Shown here piece after piece: positions 63,099 through 64,000 of a stretch of 64,000 nt of DNA. This stretch comes from the human T2T-CHM13v2.0 reference genome, Homo sapiens: NCBI RefSeq assembly GCF_009914755.1, contig NC_060942.1; one strand, given 5' to 3'. The notes beneath the pieces are model-generated. The model worked only from the letters and a program-made list of their open reading frames with translations, ran no database searches and was not told the DNA's origin. Numbering within the stretch: position 1 is the first letter of the stretch; every line of letters starts with the position of its first letter. A program made the position numbers and the translations under genes.

Positions 63099-63687
63099 CA
63101 TGGAAGTAGCACAGTTGATAACTTGTGTCAGATTAATGTATTTAAAGACAATCCTAAATAGGGATTCCATTCTCTCCTTGGAGGAACCTTTCTTGAAATA
63201 AGACAAATTTATTTATCTTCTAAGCATATTTATGTTAGCAAGAGACTGAATGTAATATTCAGGGGAATATACTTAGTTTCATTATTTTTTCTTCCTGTAT
63301 AAAACACAGGTTGGAAAGGACATTTGTCATAAGAGGACTTTTTCCCCCAAGTCATTGTCTGTGCATTAATCTTCGGAATGTGATGGACCATGTGAAACAT
63401 TGTAATTTGTCTATGGGATAAAGTCCAATGGGAATCCAGAAAGCCATTCATGCAGAAACACTCTGGGAGGCCTGTGTAGGCCAACTTTGAATACATATTT
63501 AGTCCTTTCATCTTTGGCAACAGCCAACTACTCTTTTATGAAACCCTGCCTTGTTATTTTCAAAGAGTTTATTATTAAAATTGAGCTAAGCACAGTTCTG
63601 TATTCACCATCTGGTAGAAGGTGGATCGCTGCTGGTATGTTTACAAACTACCTTACTTACTCTTTATCACTGGCTTATACCTAGAAA

Positions 63688-63712
63688 ATATATACATATA
63701 TATATATATATA
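63688..63712. repeat. (TA)n microsatellite
   Basis: ATATATACATATATATATATATATA. Confidence 0.9.
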
Positions 63713-64000
63713 TTTATTGTTTTTATGTAAACATACTGGGTGACAATATGGTATTCAGCTTGGTCAATATTTGGTGTAATGAATCAATAGAAGAAATATT
63801 TACATTTTTCCCAGTGGCTAATGTATAGGCATTTTTACAACTTCTGACTAAGTCAAACCAATTGATTGTCCTTGTATACACAACAGTATTTACGTGGTGT
63901 CTGGGTTCCAGGGACCTTTTCCTATCTACCCATATGGTGCCCAGATATCAGTTTGAATGAAAAGCCTAGCCAACATTAGGGCTCAGGAAAAAATACTGGA

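Overview
Primate, most likely human, AT-rich non-coding DNA (intergenic or deep intronic). I find no supportable protein-coding gene, structural RNA gene or CpG island; the ORFs in the track are short and either derive from Alu, LTR or L1 sequence or show no recognisable domain. The window is a mosaic of repeats: about 15 Alu/FLAM copies, many MIR and L2 relics, two old L1 pieces and DNA-transposon MITEs (MER81, MER58A, MER5, MER2, MER3, probable MER115). It also has many LTR elements: MLT1s, two THE1 solo LTRs, a complete MST element with both LTRs and TSD, two LTR8, two MER4-group LTRs, a MER41-clade-like LTR and MER39. Family calls come from recalled consensus sequences, not a database run, and coordinates of old repeats are approximate. 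I cannot support a new biological system here. Best leads: (1) an unexplained ~140-160 bp inverted duplication (41228-41386 / 42425-42564) next to an abruptly truncated L1; (2) a THE1 LTR carrying the exact PRDM9 hotspot 13-mer CCTCCCTAGCCAC; (3) a recursive-splice-site-like motif at 22345-22376; (4) a CTCF/NF-kB/E-box motif cluster at ~20.7 kb; (5) three GAS/STAT motifs in an ERV1 LTR at ~53.4 kb; (6) a trimeric AluJ inside a single TSD.
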